The notes under the pieces: model-generated
Databases searched by the model: none
Told to the model about the DNA's origin: nothing
Seen by the model: the letters and a program-made list of their open reading frames with translations, nothing else
Part shown: piece after piece, positions 10,047 through 21,894 of the stretch
Position numbering within the stretch: position 1 is the first letter of the stretch
How the letters are laid out: each line of letters begins with the position of its first letter
Translations under genes and position numbers: made by a program
DNA from: Octopus bimaculoides
Taxonomy: Eukaryota
DNA: 38,202 nt
NCBI RefSeq assembly: GCF_001194135.2
Contig: NC_068989.1
Span: 15,307,578 to 15,345,779, forward strand
Reading direction: 5' to 3'

Positions 10047-10155
10047 GGTAATTATTGTTTCAGTTGTTTACACGGTTATACATACGTTAATTCCCACTGT
10101 CCTGTCTTTGAATTATCCTGAATCTTCTTCTTCTTCTTCTTCTTCTTCTTCTTCT
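10047..10155 (+). mobile_element. Second short copy of the Tx1-like LINE 3' UTR followed by (CTT)n
   Basis: ACACGGTTATACATACGTTAATTCCCACTGTCCTGTCTTTGAATTATCCTGAAT matches ~8837-8890 with few substitutions; (CTT)~10 follows at 10124-10155. Confidence 0.8.
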
Positions 10156-10667
10156 AATTATTATTATTACTATTATTATTATTATTATTAAGGAGGCGGT
10201 TATTTCATAGCAGCAGCAATGTAGTAACAGTAGTAGATGCAGCAATGTTAGAAGTACGCTTACATGTAAAGCGGTAGCGGTGCTATGGCTTGCACGTTAA
10301 CAAATAAATAGGTCGTAACTGATTTTACTATATTAAAACTCGGCTATTCATTGAAATGGTAAAAAAAAAAGCTGCTGGCTACCTTCCACTCCCCCGTCTC
10401 GCTATTACCTACCTGCCATCAGCCAAACGTGACATTTCGACATCATAGCGTTATGGCTGCTTTTACGTGAAACAAAAGACTAAACAAAACGCTGGTGATA
10501 AAATGTCTCTCAAGTATGTTAGTAGACATGAGGAAGATGATTTATAATGTCCGTTTGGAAACATATGTCTGGTTTCTCTTCACCCCTCTCCATATATCTC
10601 ACTGTCTGTCACAATTATTCTCTTCCTGCCCCTCACTGGTTATGAGTATCGCATGTTTAAGCAAAAT

Positions 10668-10746
10668 TAATCAATCAATCAATCAATTTATCTATCCATT
10701 CATCCATCCATCCATCCTTCCGTCCGTCCGTCCGTCCGTCTGCCTG

Positions 10747-10815
<69 letters not shown>

Positions 10816-10840
10816 TCTATTCTATTCTATTCTATCTATC
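10668..10840. repeat. Compound tetranucleotide microsatellite (AATC/ATCC/GTCC/TCTA)
   Basis: Directly visible. Confidence 0.9.
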
Positions 10841-10935
10841 TAGCAGTCAGTCTGTCCATCGTAACTATATACGCATGCATGCACATTTATATGTGTTTCG
10901 AATGCATACATACACACGTGTATATAGATAGGTTT

Positions 10936-10977
<42 letters not shown>

Positions 10978-11125
10978 TATGTAAGGCATAGACAGAGGAA
11001 TGAAAAGAAATCAGACACATGTTTCTGACCGGACTTTACAAATCACTCCTTCATTTCTACAAACATGTTGGAAAGCCTTATAATTCAAACTTTTCGATTG
11101 CTTTATTATTATCATCATCATCATC

Positions 11126-11185
<60 letters not shown>

Positions 11186-11197
11186 GTTATTATTATT

Positions 11198-11665
11198 NNN
11201 NNNNNNNNNNNNNNNNNNNNNNNNNNNNNNNNNNNNNNNNNNNNNNNNNNNNNNNNNNNNNNNNNNNNNNNNNNNNNNNNNNNNNNNNNNNNNNNNNNNN
11301 NNNNNNNNNNNNNNNNNNNNNNNNNNNNNNNNNNNNNNNNNNNNNNNNNNNNNNNNNNNNNNNNNNNNNNNNNNNNNNNNNNNNNNNNNNNNNNNNNNNN
11401 NNNNNNNNNNNNNNNNNNNNNNNNNNNNNNNNNNNNNNNNNNNNNNNNNNNNNNNNNNNNNNNNNNNNNNNNNNNNNNNNNNNNNNNNNNNNNNNNNNNN
11501 NNNNNNNNNNNNNNNNNNNNNNNNNNNNNNNNNNNNNNNNNNNNNNNNNNNNNNNNNNNNNNNNNNNNNNNNNNNNNNNNNNNNNNNNNNNNNNNNNNNN
11601 NNNNNNNNNNNNNNNNNNNNNNNNNNNNNNNNNNNNNNNNNNNNNNNNNNNNNNNNNNNNNNNNN
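11198..11665. other. Assembly gap (468 N). Other gaps: 4211-4220, 16453-16718, 24291-24908, 30158-30807, 31295-32230, 33289-34181
   Basis: N runs, almost all flanked by (TA)n, (TG)n or (ATT)n tracts. Confidence 1.
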
Positions 11666-11706
<41 letters not shown>

Positions 11707-11974
11707 ACATATATGAATACACATAGACACACACATACACAAACACACATATACACATGTATATATATGGTGAAAGTGGTGGGGTGTCCGTGCAGTTCAA
11801 TGCATTTGAAAGGCATAACAGAGAAGTACGAAAGACAATAAACAATAGCAGTTTTGTTGGTGTCAAAAGTTTAGTGCTTAGCCAACAATATTGCCAGATT
11901 AGCTAGAAGGCTAGAAAGATACATCAACAATGAGAAAGATAGGGAAGAGGAGAATAAAGGTGGAGGGGGAAATA

Positions 11975-13097
11975 CAAGGTGGCGTCAAAAAGTCTCCGGA
12001 CTAGTTCTGTAGCGCGCCAACAGATGACAGCACACGGTTGCATGCGCAGTGAGAGCTAGCAGTGATCGTCGAGTGACATATGTTTACTTCGCAAGTTGTG
12101 AAACTTGTATTTTTGTGATCACATGTATGCTGTAGTCTGCAGTTTTGTCATGGACAAAATGTTGGATAAAGAGCCAACGTGAAATTTTGTGTTGAACTTG
12201 TGAAGTCTTCTCCAGAGACATTGAGCATGCTTCGGCAAGCTTACGGCGACAAGCCAATGGTTCGTACGGGATGTTTCGAGTGACACTGGCACTTCAAAAG
12301 CAGAAAAATCTCCTTGGAAGACGATGAGCGAACTGCAAGACCTGGCACGAGCGTCAGCCTAGAAATGTGGAGAAAACTCATCAGTTTGCATGAGGATCGT
12401 CGGAAGACAGTCAACGAAATTGCTGATGAAGTTGGTCTGTCGTATGGGTCCGTGCTGGCAATCCTAACGTCTGAATTAAACATGCGGCGTGTCTCTGCAA
12501 ATTTTGTGCCCCATCTGCTGACCACTGAGCAGAAAGAGCGTCGCGTCAAAGTCTGTCATGATCTCCGTCAGCCTGCCGCTGAGGACCCATCCTGCATGTC
12601 GAGGATCATCACGGGTGACGAGAGTTGGGTCTATGGGTACAATCCTGTGACAAAGCCGCAATCGTCACAATAGAAAAGGCTTTCATCTCCACGACTGAAG
12701 AAGGTACGACAGAGCCGCAGCTCAATCAAAAGCAGGCTCATCGTTTTATTCGACATCCGTAGTAATGTGCATCGAAAATTTGGCGCCCCAGGGCCAGACC
12801 GTCAATCGAGAATTCTACTGCGGCGTTTTGAAGCGTTTGAGGGAGGGCGTTCGGTGAAAGCGATCGGATCTTTCGCCGTTTTAACACCGTTGTCGAGATC
12901 CAGAGTGAATCGCAGAAGGTTCCCGACTCGCTTACGGAAAATGACTTCCAGGTCGGATCCCTAGAGTGGCAGGAACGCTGGTATTGGTGTATTGGTGCAC
13001 AAAGTGACTATTTCGGTGGAGATAATGTTAAAACTTAGGTAAATGAGTTATTTTTTATTAAACATAACTAGTCCAGGAACTTTTTGATACCACTTTC
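11975..13097 (+). mobile_element. Mariner transposon, internally deleted, defective transposase
   Basis: Imperfect ~32-bp TIRs (CAAGGTGGCGTCAAAAAGTCTCCGGACTAGTT) flanked by TA (11973-74, 13098-99). Transposase from ATG 12150 includes LEDDERTARP, FVPHLLTTEQK and ITGDESWVYGY, with stops and frameshifts; the HDNA and YSPDL motifs are deleted. Confidence 0.9.
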
Positions 13098-13127
13098 TAG
13101 TTTATACATACATACATACATACATAT

Positions 13128-13175
<48 letters not shown>

Positions 13176-13238
13176 TTACTTTACGTAATAAGATATAAAA
13201 CAAAGGCTGTGTAGATTTTAGAACATTTATAAATAGAA

Positions 13239-13319
13239 GGCGTAGGAGTGGCTAAGTGGTAAGTAGCTTGCTTACCAACCACCTGGTTCCGGGTTCAGTC
13301 CCACTGCGTGGCACCTTGC
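13239..13319 (+). mobile_element. SINE family A, tRNA-like head only
   Basis: GGCGTAGGAGTGGCTAAGTGGTAAG...GGTTCCGGGTTCAGTCCCACTGCGTGGCACCTTG carries A/B-box-like motifs. Confidence 0.8.
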
Positions 13320-13599
13320 TTTTTTTCTTTTTTCACATATTCTTCCTAGTACATGTTCATATCTCATTTTCTCACCTGTCGCTGTCTACTACACGAAAAC
13401 CCCCCAATGTCACGCTGTGCCGAACTCCACGACATGCTGAATGTATCGCATATAGAAGTACTTATATCACAAAGTAAGGATTTTAACAGTTCTAGTGTCT
13501 TTGAGATACATTTCATACAACAAATTAGTATCAACTGTCTGTCATACAGTGAAATAACCTGAAACACCCAAAACAGCCATCACAGAGAAATAAGGTTTT

Positions 13600-14470
13600 C
13601 TAACTGTGTATGTTAATGATGTCTCGGAAATTTTAATTTTCAATGCCGAATTTTATCATTAAATACTCAGGATTTCCCTGAATTGTCGGAACAAGAACAA
13701 ATTTAGAAAATGCATCTGTCCATGAGTTACCGTTGTGCAGAAAAGGGCTAAGAGCAGAAATGTGAGTTTCTTGGAGTTTAGTGTTGACAATGATCACAGA
13801 GTTCACTGAGAATTTACTAAGACAAAAGGTTGCTATGTTGCGGTATTGTCAATGTGTTTGGTCAATTTTACATTAAGACATCATCCGTACACGCTGTAGA
13901 CTCTAGATATTTTAGATACTGATTCAAGGTTGTGTTCATCCGTAGAAACATGAATGTAACGAGGTCTTATGTCGCTGACGAACAATCCCATGATGATAAC
14001 CGTTATGGGGCCAATGGTTCGACCAACACTGCCGATAATTCTTAAGAAATGTTTTCTCGGAGAAGCGGTTAATACACTATAGTTAAGGATTCTCTCTGGC
14101 AAGACCATATTAAATCTCTTGTTAATATCAACAGAATTTCTCATCACTCATTGTGAGAAGAAATATACAATCCTCTAACGACCAGAAGATATGTAATGAG
14201 AGCAAAGGTTTATTCTAACAACACGCTGCAATCACTAGCCGATGGGCACACTGTATGAACTGCTTCAAATCTCTTCTGTTACTACTTCTACAGCGACTTC
14301 CATTCAACTGATACGATGTAGATACGCACCACACACGCAAGCTCATCTGGTGCATCTGATTTTTCGTTTCTCTTTTCCTTTCAAGAACTGTGATCCGTCA
14401 GAATCGACTCTCTTCTCAAGTTTATCCTTGATGCATCAATCTACAGAAATTCAATATGAATGCCAACTAC
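13600..14470 (-). mobile_element. Highly decayed hAT-like (Tip100/PRKRIR-type) transposase fragment
   Basis: Pieced across frames: EVVTEEI*SSSYSV...NKPLLSL...DEKF...PRYIHVSTDEHNL...WTDAF resembles the hAT order EEIK..YSIxxD..NKEQLSLxxRFV..EEF..PxAxYxHCxxHxLNL..TRW. Many stops. Confidence 0.45.
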
Positions 14471-15031
14471 ATTAACCTAAGTAATCCATTGACTAAATCA
14501 CAATAACGAGAAAGGAAAATGTCAGAACGTGAAAGAGCAAGAACGCAACCATGTTTTATAGACTTCTGAAGATGAGCAATCTAAAGGGCTCGTAATCCTA
14601 TGTGGCAGCTAGATTATTAATCTAGAAAGGCTAAGTAAGAAAATTTGTTTTCTCTATCATTAAATATTATACGAATATCGGACAGAATACTATACATGCA
14701 ATAAACAAAAGAAAAACCCAAACAAAACAAAGCAATAAAGAAATAATTCAAATTGCCAAGCTCCATTTAAGCCAACAAAGAAAACTCTACGGAATCTCTC
14801 GAACTAGTAGAAAAAACAAAACAATGTAAAAAATAGATTAATTTTCATTATATCATACCCTACCGTCTTAAAAACAGTTGGAAAAACGTAGTTTTAATGT
14901 TGATCTAGACATGCTATGTCTGAAGGAAAAAATAAATAAAAGACAATGGAATTACGACTTGAATGTTTCTGGTGGGGCTGTTCGAATAGAGCTGACCAAT
15001 TGCTAAGTGACAACGTTAGGAAAGCTCTGTG

Positions 15032-15244
15032 AAGGCGGCGAGTTAGCAGAGTCGTTAGCATGCCGGACAAAATGCTTCGCGCATTTCGTTCTTTTTTACC
15101 TTTTGAGTTCAAATTCCGCCGAGGTTGATTTTGCCTTTCATCCATCCGGAGTCGATAAAATAAGTACCGATTGAACACTGGGTCGATGTGATCGACTAAG
15201 CCCCCAGCCACAAATTTCAGGCCTTGTCCCTTTAGTAGAAAGGA
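15032..15244 (+). mobile_element. SINE family B, full length, with TSD
   Basis: Head AAGGCGGCGAGTTAGCAGAGTCGTTAGC, tail TTTAGTAGAAAGGA. TSD TTAG(G/C)AAAGCTCTGT at 15016-15030 / 15245-15259 (1 mismatch). Confidence 0.9.
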
Positions 15245-16325
15245 TTAGCAAAGCTCTGTTAAATTTTGAAACAACATCCACAAAATCCCACATTTGGGGG
15301 AAAATAATAATTTATTAAATCTCCCCAATATTTGATAGTCTGGTATTAATTTATTGACCTCGGAAGATAAAGGCTAACCTCTCTTCTCAGATTTGATCTA
15401 TGAACTGAAAGGGATGTATATAAATGCCACAAAGCAGTTTCTTCGGCACTCCGTTGACTCTGGTATCTTCATTTATAATGATAACTTATTAGAGTTATCT
15501 CTACAGATTTTCGAGACTTATAAAAACGTTTAATATACTTTCTAGCATATAATGGTTGCTGCATAGCGAAATATCGTGCCCCTACAAATCATTTATAATA
15601 ATAATTACGAACAAAAGCCCCAAATTAAACATTCATAAAACTACCGTCGGTGGCATTCGAACACAAGGTCTGATTGCTACGCATTTTGAACGGCGTTCTT
15701 GCAGTTTTCATCTCTCATTAGCCTATTAATAATAACTTCTCGTATTAATTCAAGGCTAGAAATTTTAAAGAGTGCTACTTAAGTTTAAATGGAACTCAAG
15801 AATTTAATTAGTAATTTTATTGACTCCGAAATGGAATAAGACAAAATCGACTTAGCGGGATTTGAAATCAGAACGTAAAGAGTGAGAGACGAAATGAAAT
15901 AGTGCAAACCTATTTAGGTATTGTTCTACTTATTCAGCCATGCATGGACGTATAACAAAGCTGTCCAAATATGAAAACAAAACTAATTTCTAGATATAAA
16001 GAAACTAATCAAATATAACGAAAAAAAACAATTTAAATATAAACACCTTGTCAATATAGATAGCCATTGAAAACAGAAACGATTTTTGTAAAAACAGGTG
16101 CAGTAAGAATAATAAATAAAAAAATACACTATATACAGGATAGAGATATTAAGCAGTGTACATTTATTTTATACATTTTTAAGTAAATGCCAGGAAAGCG
16201 AACTAAATTGTCTCTTATCTGATTATATTGGGTTGCGCTTGGTTGCACAGTAAAGGCACAGGATGATGATAAAACACCCAGATTTAATAATTAATATAAC
16301 ATAATATAATATTATATATACTTAC

Positions 16326-16361
<36 letters not shown>

Positions 16362-16410
16362 GTATATATAAATGCATGTATGTGTGTGTATATATATATA
16401 AATGCATGTA

Positions 16411-16452
<42 letters not shown>

Positions 16453-16759
16453 NNNNNNNNNNNNNNNNNNNNNNNNNNNNNNNNNNNNNNNNNNNNNNNN
16501 NNNNNNNNNNNNNNNNNNNNNNNNNNNNNNNNNNNNNNNNNNNNNNNNNNNNNNNNNNNNNNNNNNNNNNNNNNNNNNNNNNNNNNNNNNNNNNNNNNNN
16601 NNNNNNNNNNNNNNNNNNNNNNNNNNNNNNNNNNNNNNNNNNNNNNNNNNNNNNNNNNNNNNNNNNNNNNNNNNNNNNNNNNNNNNNNNNNNNNNNNNNN
16701 NNNNNNNNNNNNNNNNNNTATATATATATATATATATATGCGTATATGTCTATGGGTAA

Positions 16760-16966
16760 GTGCGTTTGTACCAATGTTTGTCTCCTCCACCGCTTGACAA
16801 CCGGTGCTTGTTTACATCCCCGTAACTTAGCGGTTCGGCAGAAAGAGACCGCTAGGATAGGTACCAGGCTTAAAAATAAGTACTAGGAGTGATCTGTTTC
16901 GCTAAACCTTCAAAGCGGTGCCCCAAAACGGCTGTAGTCTAATATGACTGAAACAAGTAAAAGATA
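16760..16966 (+). mobile_element. SINE family A, 3' half (5' half probably in the adjacent gap)
   Basis: CGCTTGACAACCGGTGC...CCCGTAACTTAGCGGTTCGGCAG...TGACTGAAACAAGTAAAAGA. Confidence 0.85.
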
Positions 16967-17985
16967 TACGATATATATTATATATAATAGTTATATTATG
17001 CGTTTACACTCTATATGTATGTGCCCGGCGTTTAAAGCCAAAGATGAGGCAAGAAAATTGGCACAAATCAAATTTTGCCCATAGGCAGGCGTTGGAGCAT
17101 TAGGGAAGAAAGAAAACAAGGATCACGGTTACAGATAATAATACTAACGTGGAAACTTGTGGCAGTGAAGCAAGTTTTCTCTTCCTCACAGGAAGTTCTG
17201 AGTAGAAGATGGACCCCGGAGAAAAGATGGAAACTGTTGGAGACGTCAGGAAGAGAAAGTTAGAGCTGAGTAAAGATACAGTACCCAAATTAAATGCATG
17301 TAAGTTAGAAGGGTACCCGTGTATTATTATGGCTGTGCGAATCTGATACGAGAACCTGATGGTGCTAATGAACGATCTGTTGGCCAAGAGAAATACTTCC
17401 CTTCTTGACGAGGAAATGAAATAAAAGAACAAAAGTACAAAGAGCGAGTTCAATAACAAAATAAACACCTTAGAAGAAAGATACTGCAACAAGAGAAACA
17501 ACACAAATTCATCTGGAATGCGTTGACAGCAATGTAATTGTAATGTTATATTATCAAACATTGATACTAGCTGAACAAATGAAAAGTAAACAGACGAAGT
17601 AGTTAGAGGTTTGATGAAAATATCAAGAACTGGTATTTATAGTCGGATCTTGAACAGATTGATAGATAGATGAATAAATAGGTGTAGAGCTAACTAGCTA
17701 GCTTAATAAATAGATATATAAATAAAGAGAAAGTTAGCTTCGCAGAATAATTGTCAGTTCAGCTAAATAGATAAATAGATGGCTTGATAGATTGATAAAT
17801 AAATAAAAGAGAAAAGACTGAAGCACACATACGCATGTGTGTGTGTGTATTAATCGTTATAAAGTTATAATTTAATGCTGTTTCAATTGTGTTCACCGAG
17901 TTTATTTTAACAACCTAAGCTTTCTGCTATATCAGTGAATGTATTATTTATTCATTTCACTATAAATCGGAGGTGACAAATTGTA

Positions 17986-19244
17986 TTAGGTTGTTCTGAA
18001 AATAATGGCCGATTTCAGAAACATAATTTTATTCTGGAAAAATTAACAATAGAAATGTTTTAATTAGTCAAAGTATGAGCTGTGAACATCTATGCATCAA
18101 TCAACGAGATTATTTATGCCTCGTTGATAAAAAAAAAAAACCATTGGCTTTGATGCTAAGAAATCTTTGAAAGCTGATTCCACCTCTGGTTTGGACCTGA
18201 AAGTTTCATCACTTAAAAACGTGTTTAAATGCTTGAAAAATGGTAGTCAGTGGGTAAAAGATCAGGAGAATATGGAGGGTGTGGTAAAATCTCGTATCCC
18301 AACTCTGCGAGTCTCTGCAGTATCATTCTTGCAACATGTGGCTTTGCATTTTCATGGAGCAGAATTGGGCCAAGCCGATTCATCAACGCAGGTCTCATTT
18401 TTCGCAAGTGAGCATGCATTTCAGCGGGTTCATTGCAGTAAACCTCTGCAGTAATTCTCTGATTGGCTTCCAGAAAGCTATAATGGACAACACCAATTGC
18501 AGACCACTAGACAGTCACCATAATCTTTTGTTGATACAACTTTGGCTTTGGGAAATGTTTGGGGGACTCATCACGATCAAGCCATTGACCTGATCGTTTG
18601 CGACCATCATAAAAGATTCACTTTTCATCACAAGTGATTATTCTGTCAAGAAAAGGATCATTGGTGTTTCGCAGAAACAGCATCGAGCACACTTCAAAAG
18701 GCCAAACTTTTTGATTTTCATTGAACTCATGCGGTACCCATCTATCGAGCTTTTTCACCTTACCAATCTTCTTCAGGTTGTGTGAGACCGTTGCAATACC
18801 GACACCAAGTGCCTGAGACATTTCTTTGATGTGGGTTTTGTTCAACAATTGCTTTCAATTATTCCTTGTCAAGATTGCATGACTGTCCTCTACCTTCTTC
18901 ATCTTCAAGGCTCTCATCACCACTATGGAATTTCTGAAACCACATTCGTACTGTGCGATCACTTATGGATCCCTCTCCCCATGCTCTGTTGATATTAGCA
19001 GCAGTTTGGGAGTCATTGTACCCAAGCTTGAACTCATGCAAGAAAAGTAAGCGAAGGTCCTTTTTTGTCATGTTCATAATTAAGGGCGCCCACGCTTCAA
19101 GAATGTCTTCTGTCTGAAATAAGTAGAACATTTTTAAAGAGCATACATCAATTATTAAATGCGTCGAAATTCACCTAAAATATAATTAAAATCGCATTTC
19201 AAAACACAACACTTAGAGCGGCCATTATTTTCGGAACAACCTAA
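17986..19244 (-). mobile_element. Full-length (1259 bp) mariner, Hsmar1/cecropia-like
   Basis: 26-bp TIRs TTAGGTTGTTC(T/C)GAAAATAATGGCCG with 1 mismatch; TA TSDs at 17984-85 and 19245-46. Confidence 0.93.
18064..19077 (-). pseudogene. Disrupted mariner DD34D transposase
   Basis: MNMTKKDLRLLFLHEFKLG...GDESLEDEEG, WVPHEF, ITCDEK*, LHENAKPH (second catalytic D changed to E), PHPPYSPDLLPTDYHF, SSYFD*. Several stops and frameshifts. Confidence 0.9.
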
Positions 19245-19302
19245 TAGTTGTTGTTGTTATAACTGATACTAGTACTACTATTTTTAGTAGTATCTTGTAA
19301 GA

Positions 19303-20658
19303 AATGACTACGGCATCACTCTGTTGGAGTCTGTGGGCAAAGTTCTTGCTAGATTATTGTTGAACAGGTTGATGGAGGACATTTGTCCTACAGTAGTCGC
19401 TGAATCACAGAATGGCTTTAGATATGACAATCGGGACGATTGATATGATCTTCTCAGCAAGGCAGATTCAGCAGAAATGTATTGAGCAGCGGGTCCCTCT
19501 GTATCAGGTTTTTGTTGATCTGACAAAGACCTTTGATACGGTGGACTGAAGTGCACTATGGAAAATTTTAGGGAAAATAGGGTGCCCGTCAAAGTTTATT
19601 GATATGCTCATTCGATTGCACAGAAATATGAAGGCACGGGTTGTCTTGAATGGAAAATTGTCCAATGAAATCCCAGTTGATAATAGCGTGAAACAGGGAA
19701 TATCCTGGCTCCCACACGGTTCGCAACATTTTTTGCTGTGATGCTGACTCATGCATTCCAGGACTGTGCAAAGAGTATTCTATTGCAAATTAGAACTACA
19801 GGAAGGATTTTTGACCTAAGAAGGTTCAATTTCAAATCTAAGTTGTTCCAAATATTAATTAGAGAACTCTTGTATGCAGACGATGTTGACGTTTGGCTCA
19901 CTCTCAGGATGACATGCAACACACCATGGATTGCTTTGCAGCATCTTGTAATGCCTTTGGCATAGAAATTAATTAAAAAAAGACCAAGGTAACGTTCACC
20001 CCATCAGGGTAAGCATATATCGAGCCAAATATAATGGTACATGGAACTAGGTTGGGTGTAGTTGACACTTTTGTTTACCTGGGGAGTACATTATCAAGGG
20101 ATGGTTCACTTGATGCAGAAATACACCTGCGCATTCAGAAGGCCCCTGTAGCATTTGGAAAACTCGAAAAGAGAGTGTCGGCAGATCATGGCATCAATAT
20201 CAAGACCAAGATTAATGTGCACAAGGCCTGCATGTTAAGTGCTCTGTTGTACTCTTCGGAAACGTGGACGGTACATCGTAAGCACATTAATTTCCTAGAA
20301 CACTTTAACCAAAAGTGTTTAAGAAGAATCCTAAACATCAAATGGCAACAGAAATTACCTGACGCACAAATCGTTATAGATGCTGGCTGAAGGAGCATTG
20401 AATTTACCATTATATCTTCTCAAATGCATTGGGTAGGCCCTGTTGTGCGCATGAGTGGGGCAAGACTCTCAAAACAACTGGTTTACAGTAAATTGCACAC
20501 TGGGAAACGCCCTCAGCACAAACCAAGAAAAAGTTATAAGGATTGCATAACAAACAACCTTAAAGATCTCCAGCCTGAAGATCAGAACTGGGAAGTGCTT
20601 GCTTTAAAGTAGGGTAAATGGAGAATATATGTGATGGAAGGTGCAGAATGTTTCGAAG
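19303..20658 (+). mobile_element. RTE-clade LINE fragment (RT domain and C-terminal region)
   Basis: GITLLESVGKVLARLLLNRL, VFVDLTKTFDTV, VKQG, ELLYADDV, FVYLGSTLS.DGSLDAEIHLRI.KA..AFGKL, LLYSSETWT, HWVGPVVRM. Frameshifted and 5'-truncated. Confidence 0.92.
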
Positions 20659-20781
20659 AAATCGATCCCAGGACTTATTCTTTGTAAGCCTAGTACTTAT
20701 TCTATCGGTTACTTTTACCGAACCGCTAAGTTACGGTGCCGTTAGCACACCACCATCAGTTGTCAAGTGATGGTGGGGGGA

Positions 20782-20842
<61 letters not shown>

Positions 20843-20945
20843 CAACGGGTTTTCAGTTTCCGTCTACCAAATCCACTCACAAAGATTTGGTTGGCCTGAG
20901 GCTATAGTAGAAGATACTTGCCCAAGGTGCCATGCAGTGGGACTC
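20659..20945 (-). mobile_element. SINE family A (partial) with internal (CA)n
   Basis: CCGAACCGCTAAGTTACG...GTTTCCGTCTACCAAATCCACTCAC...CCCAAGGTGCCATGCAGTGGGACT. Confidence 0.85.
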
Positions 20946-21894
20946 TTTATTAATGTTAAGAAAATAGATTCGATAGCGATGAGAAGAAAATACATTGAAA
21001 TATAAATATTCACATTCGTTTACGTTCTGAGTTCAATAACTGTTGGAGTCAACTTTACGTTTCATCCTGATTGTGATCAACAAAATAAAGTTGTGGTCAA
21101 GTTCCGAGATGGGTATAATCGTTTATTTTCTCTCGGGGAAACTGTATGGCATTGTATCTATGTAAGAAGTCTATATCGTTATTTTAATTGGATTTGTAGA
21201 TTGGGTAAAAGCTACGGTACCGCCGGACCAATTATCTTGCTTTATTTTAGTATAACCTTTAACATTGTGTCGAATTCTATCGAGTTGACTCTCTCTCTTT
21301 CGTCAGTTCATACAGATAATATGCTTGGAACATATGGGAGATACTTTTCTGTATAATTTTGTGGAGATGCGAAAATGTAAAAGATCATTACTGTTATTGT
21401 TTGTTGCTTGCACTCTAATGCGACGAATGACTTACCCTTTCGAATTTTATTCTGTCACACATTCCCAGTACGCATTAGCAATAACAAATATTTCTTTACT
21501 CCAGGGCTTACTTTGAATTTTCATGAATCTATGGGGGTGTTTAATACGGATTTGAATTTGTTTGAACGAAAATAATATAAAGAGATTACAAACAAGAGGT
21601 TTCATTACCACAATTGTAAAGGAAATGCCGTTAATTAGCGTCATTGAAAGAGCGACATGATATATGATGATATGATAAAATATGATGCACACTTGGGAAA
21701 TATGTTCTATGAAATGTGATATGGTGAGATATAACTTGGTATATTATATATGAGAGAGTATAGTAAAAGTTCTGATAACATTAAGAGATATTTATCCTCA
21801 TGTTTTCTCTGATTTGATCAAACGGACGTGTAAGTAAAATTTCCACTGCGATTACTCTGCCTTTCCTTTTGTTCAAGACTATAATTTTTTATAG

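Noticed and set aside
10422-10500. CAG|gtaggt donor with short frame MMSKCHVWLMA
   Set aside because: No signal-peptide character and no homology.
13374-13558. Open frame bounded by tttcag and CAG|gtgag
   Set aside because: No recognisable product; adjacent to and probably part of the hAT fossil.
21436-21528. Exon-like stretch on the minus strand with a strong donor (AAAGG|gtaagt) reading ...KEIFVIANAYWECVTE*, reminiscent of the first Cys helix of a class B GPCR
   Set aside because: All three frames contain stops, and the suggestive frame has TAA 4 codons before the donor with phase 2-2 rather than the needed phase 1. It could be a UTR exon or sequencing error, but is unsupported.
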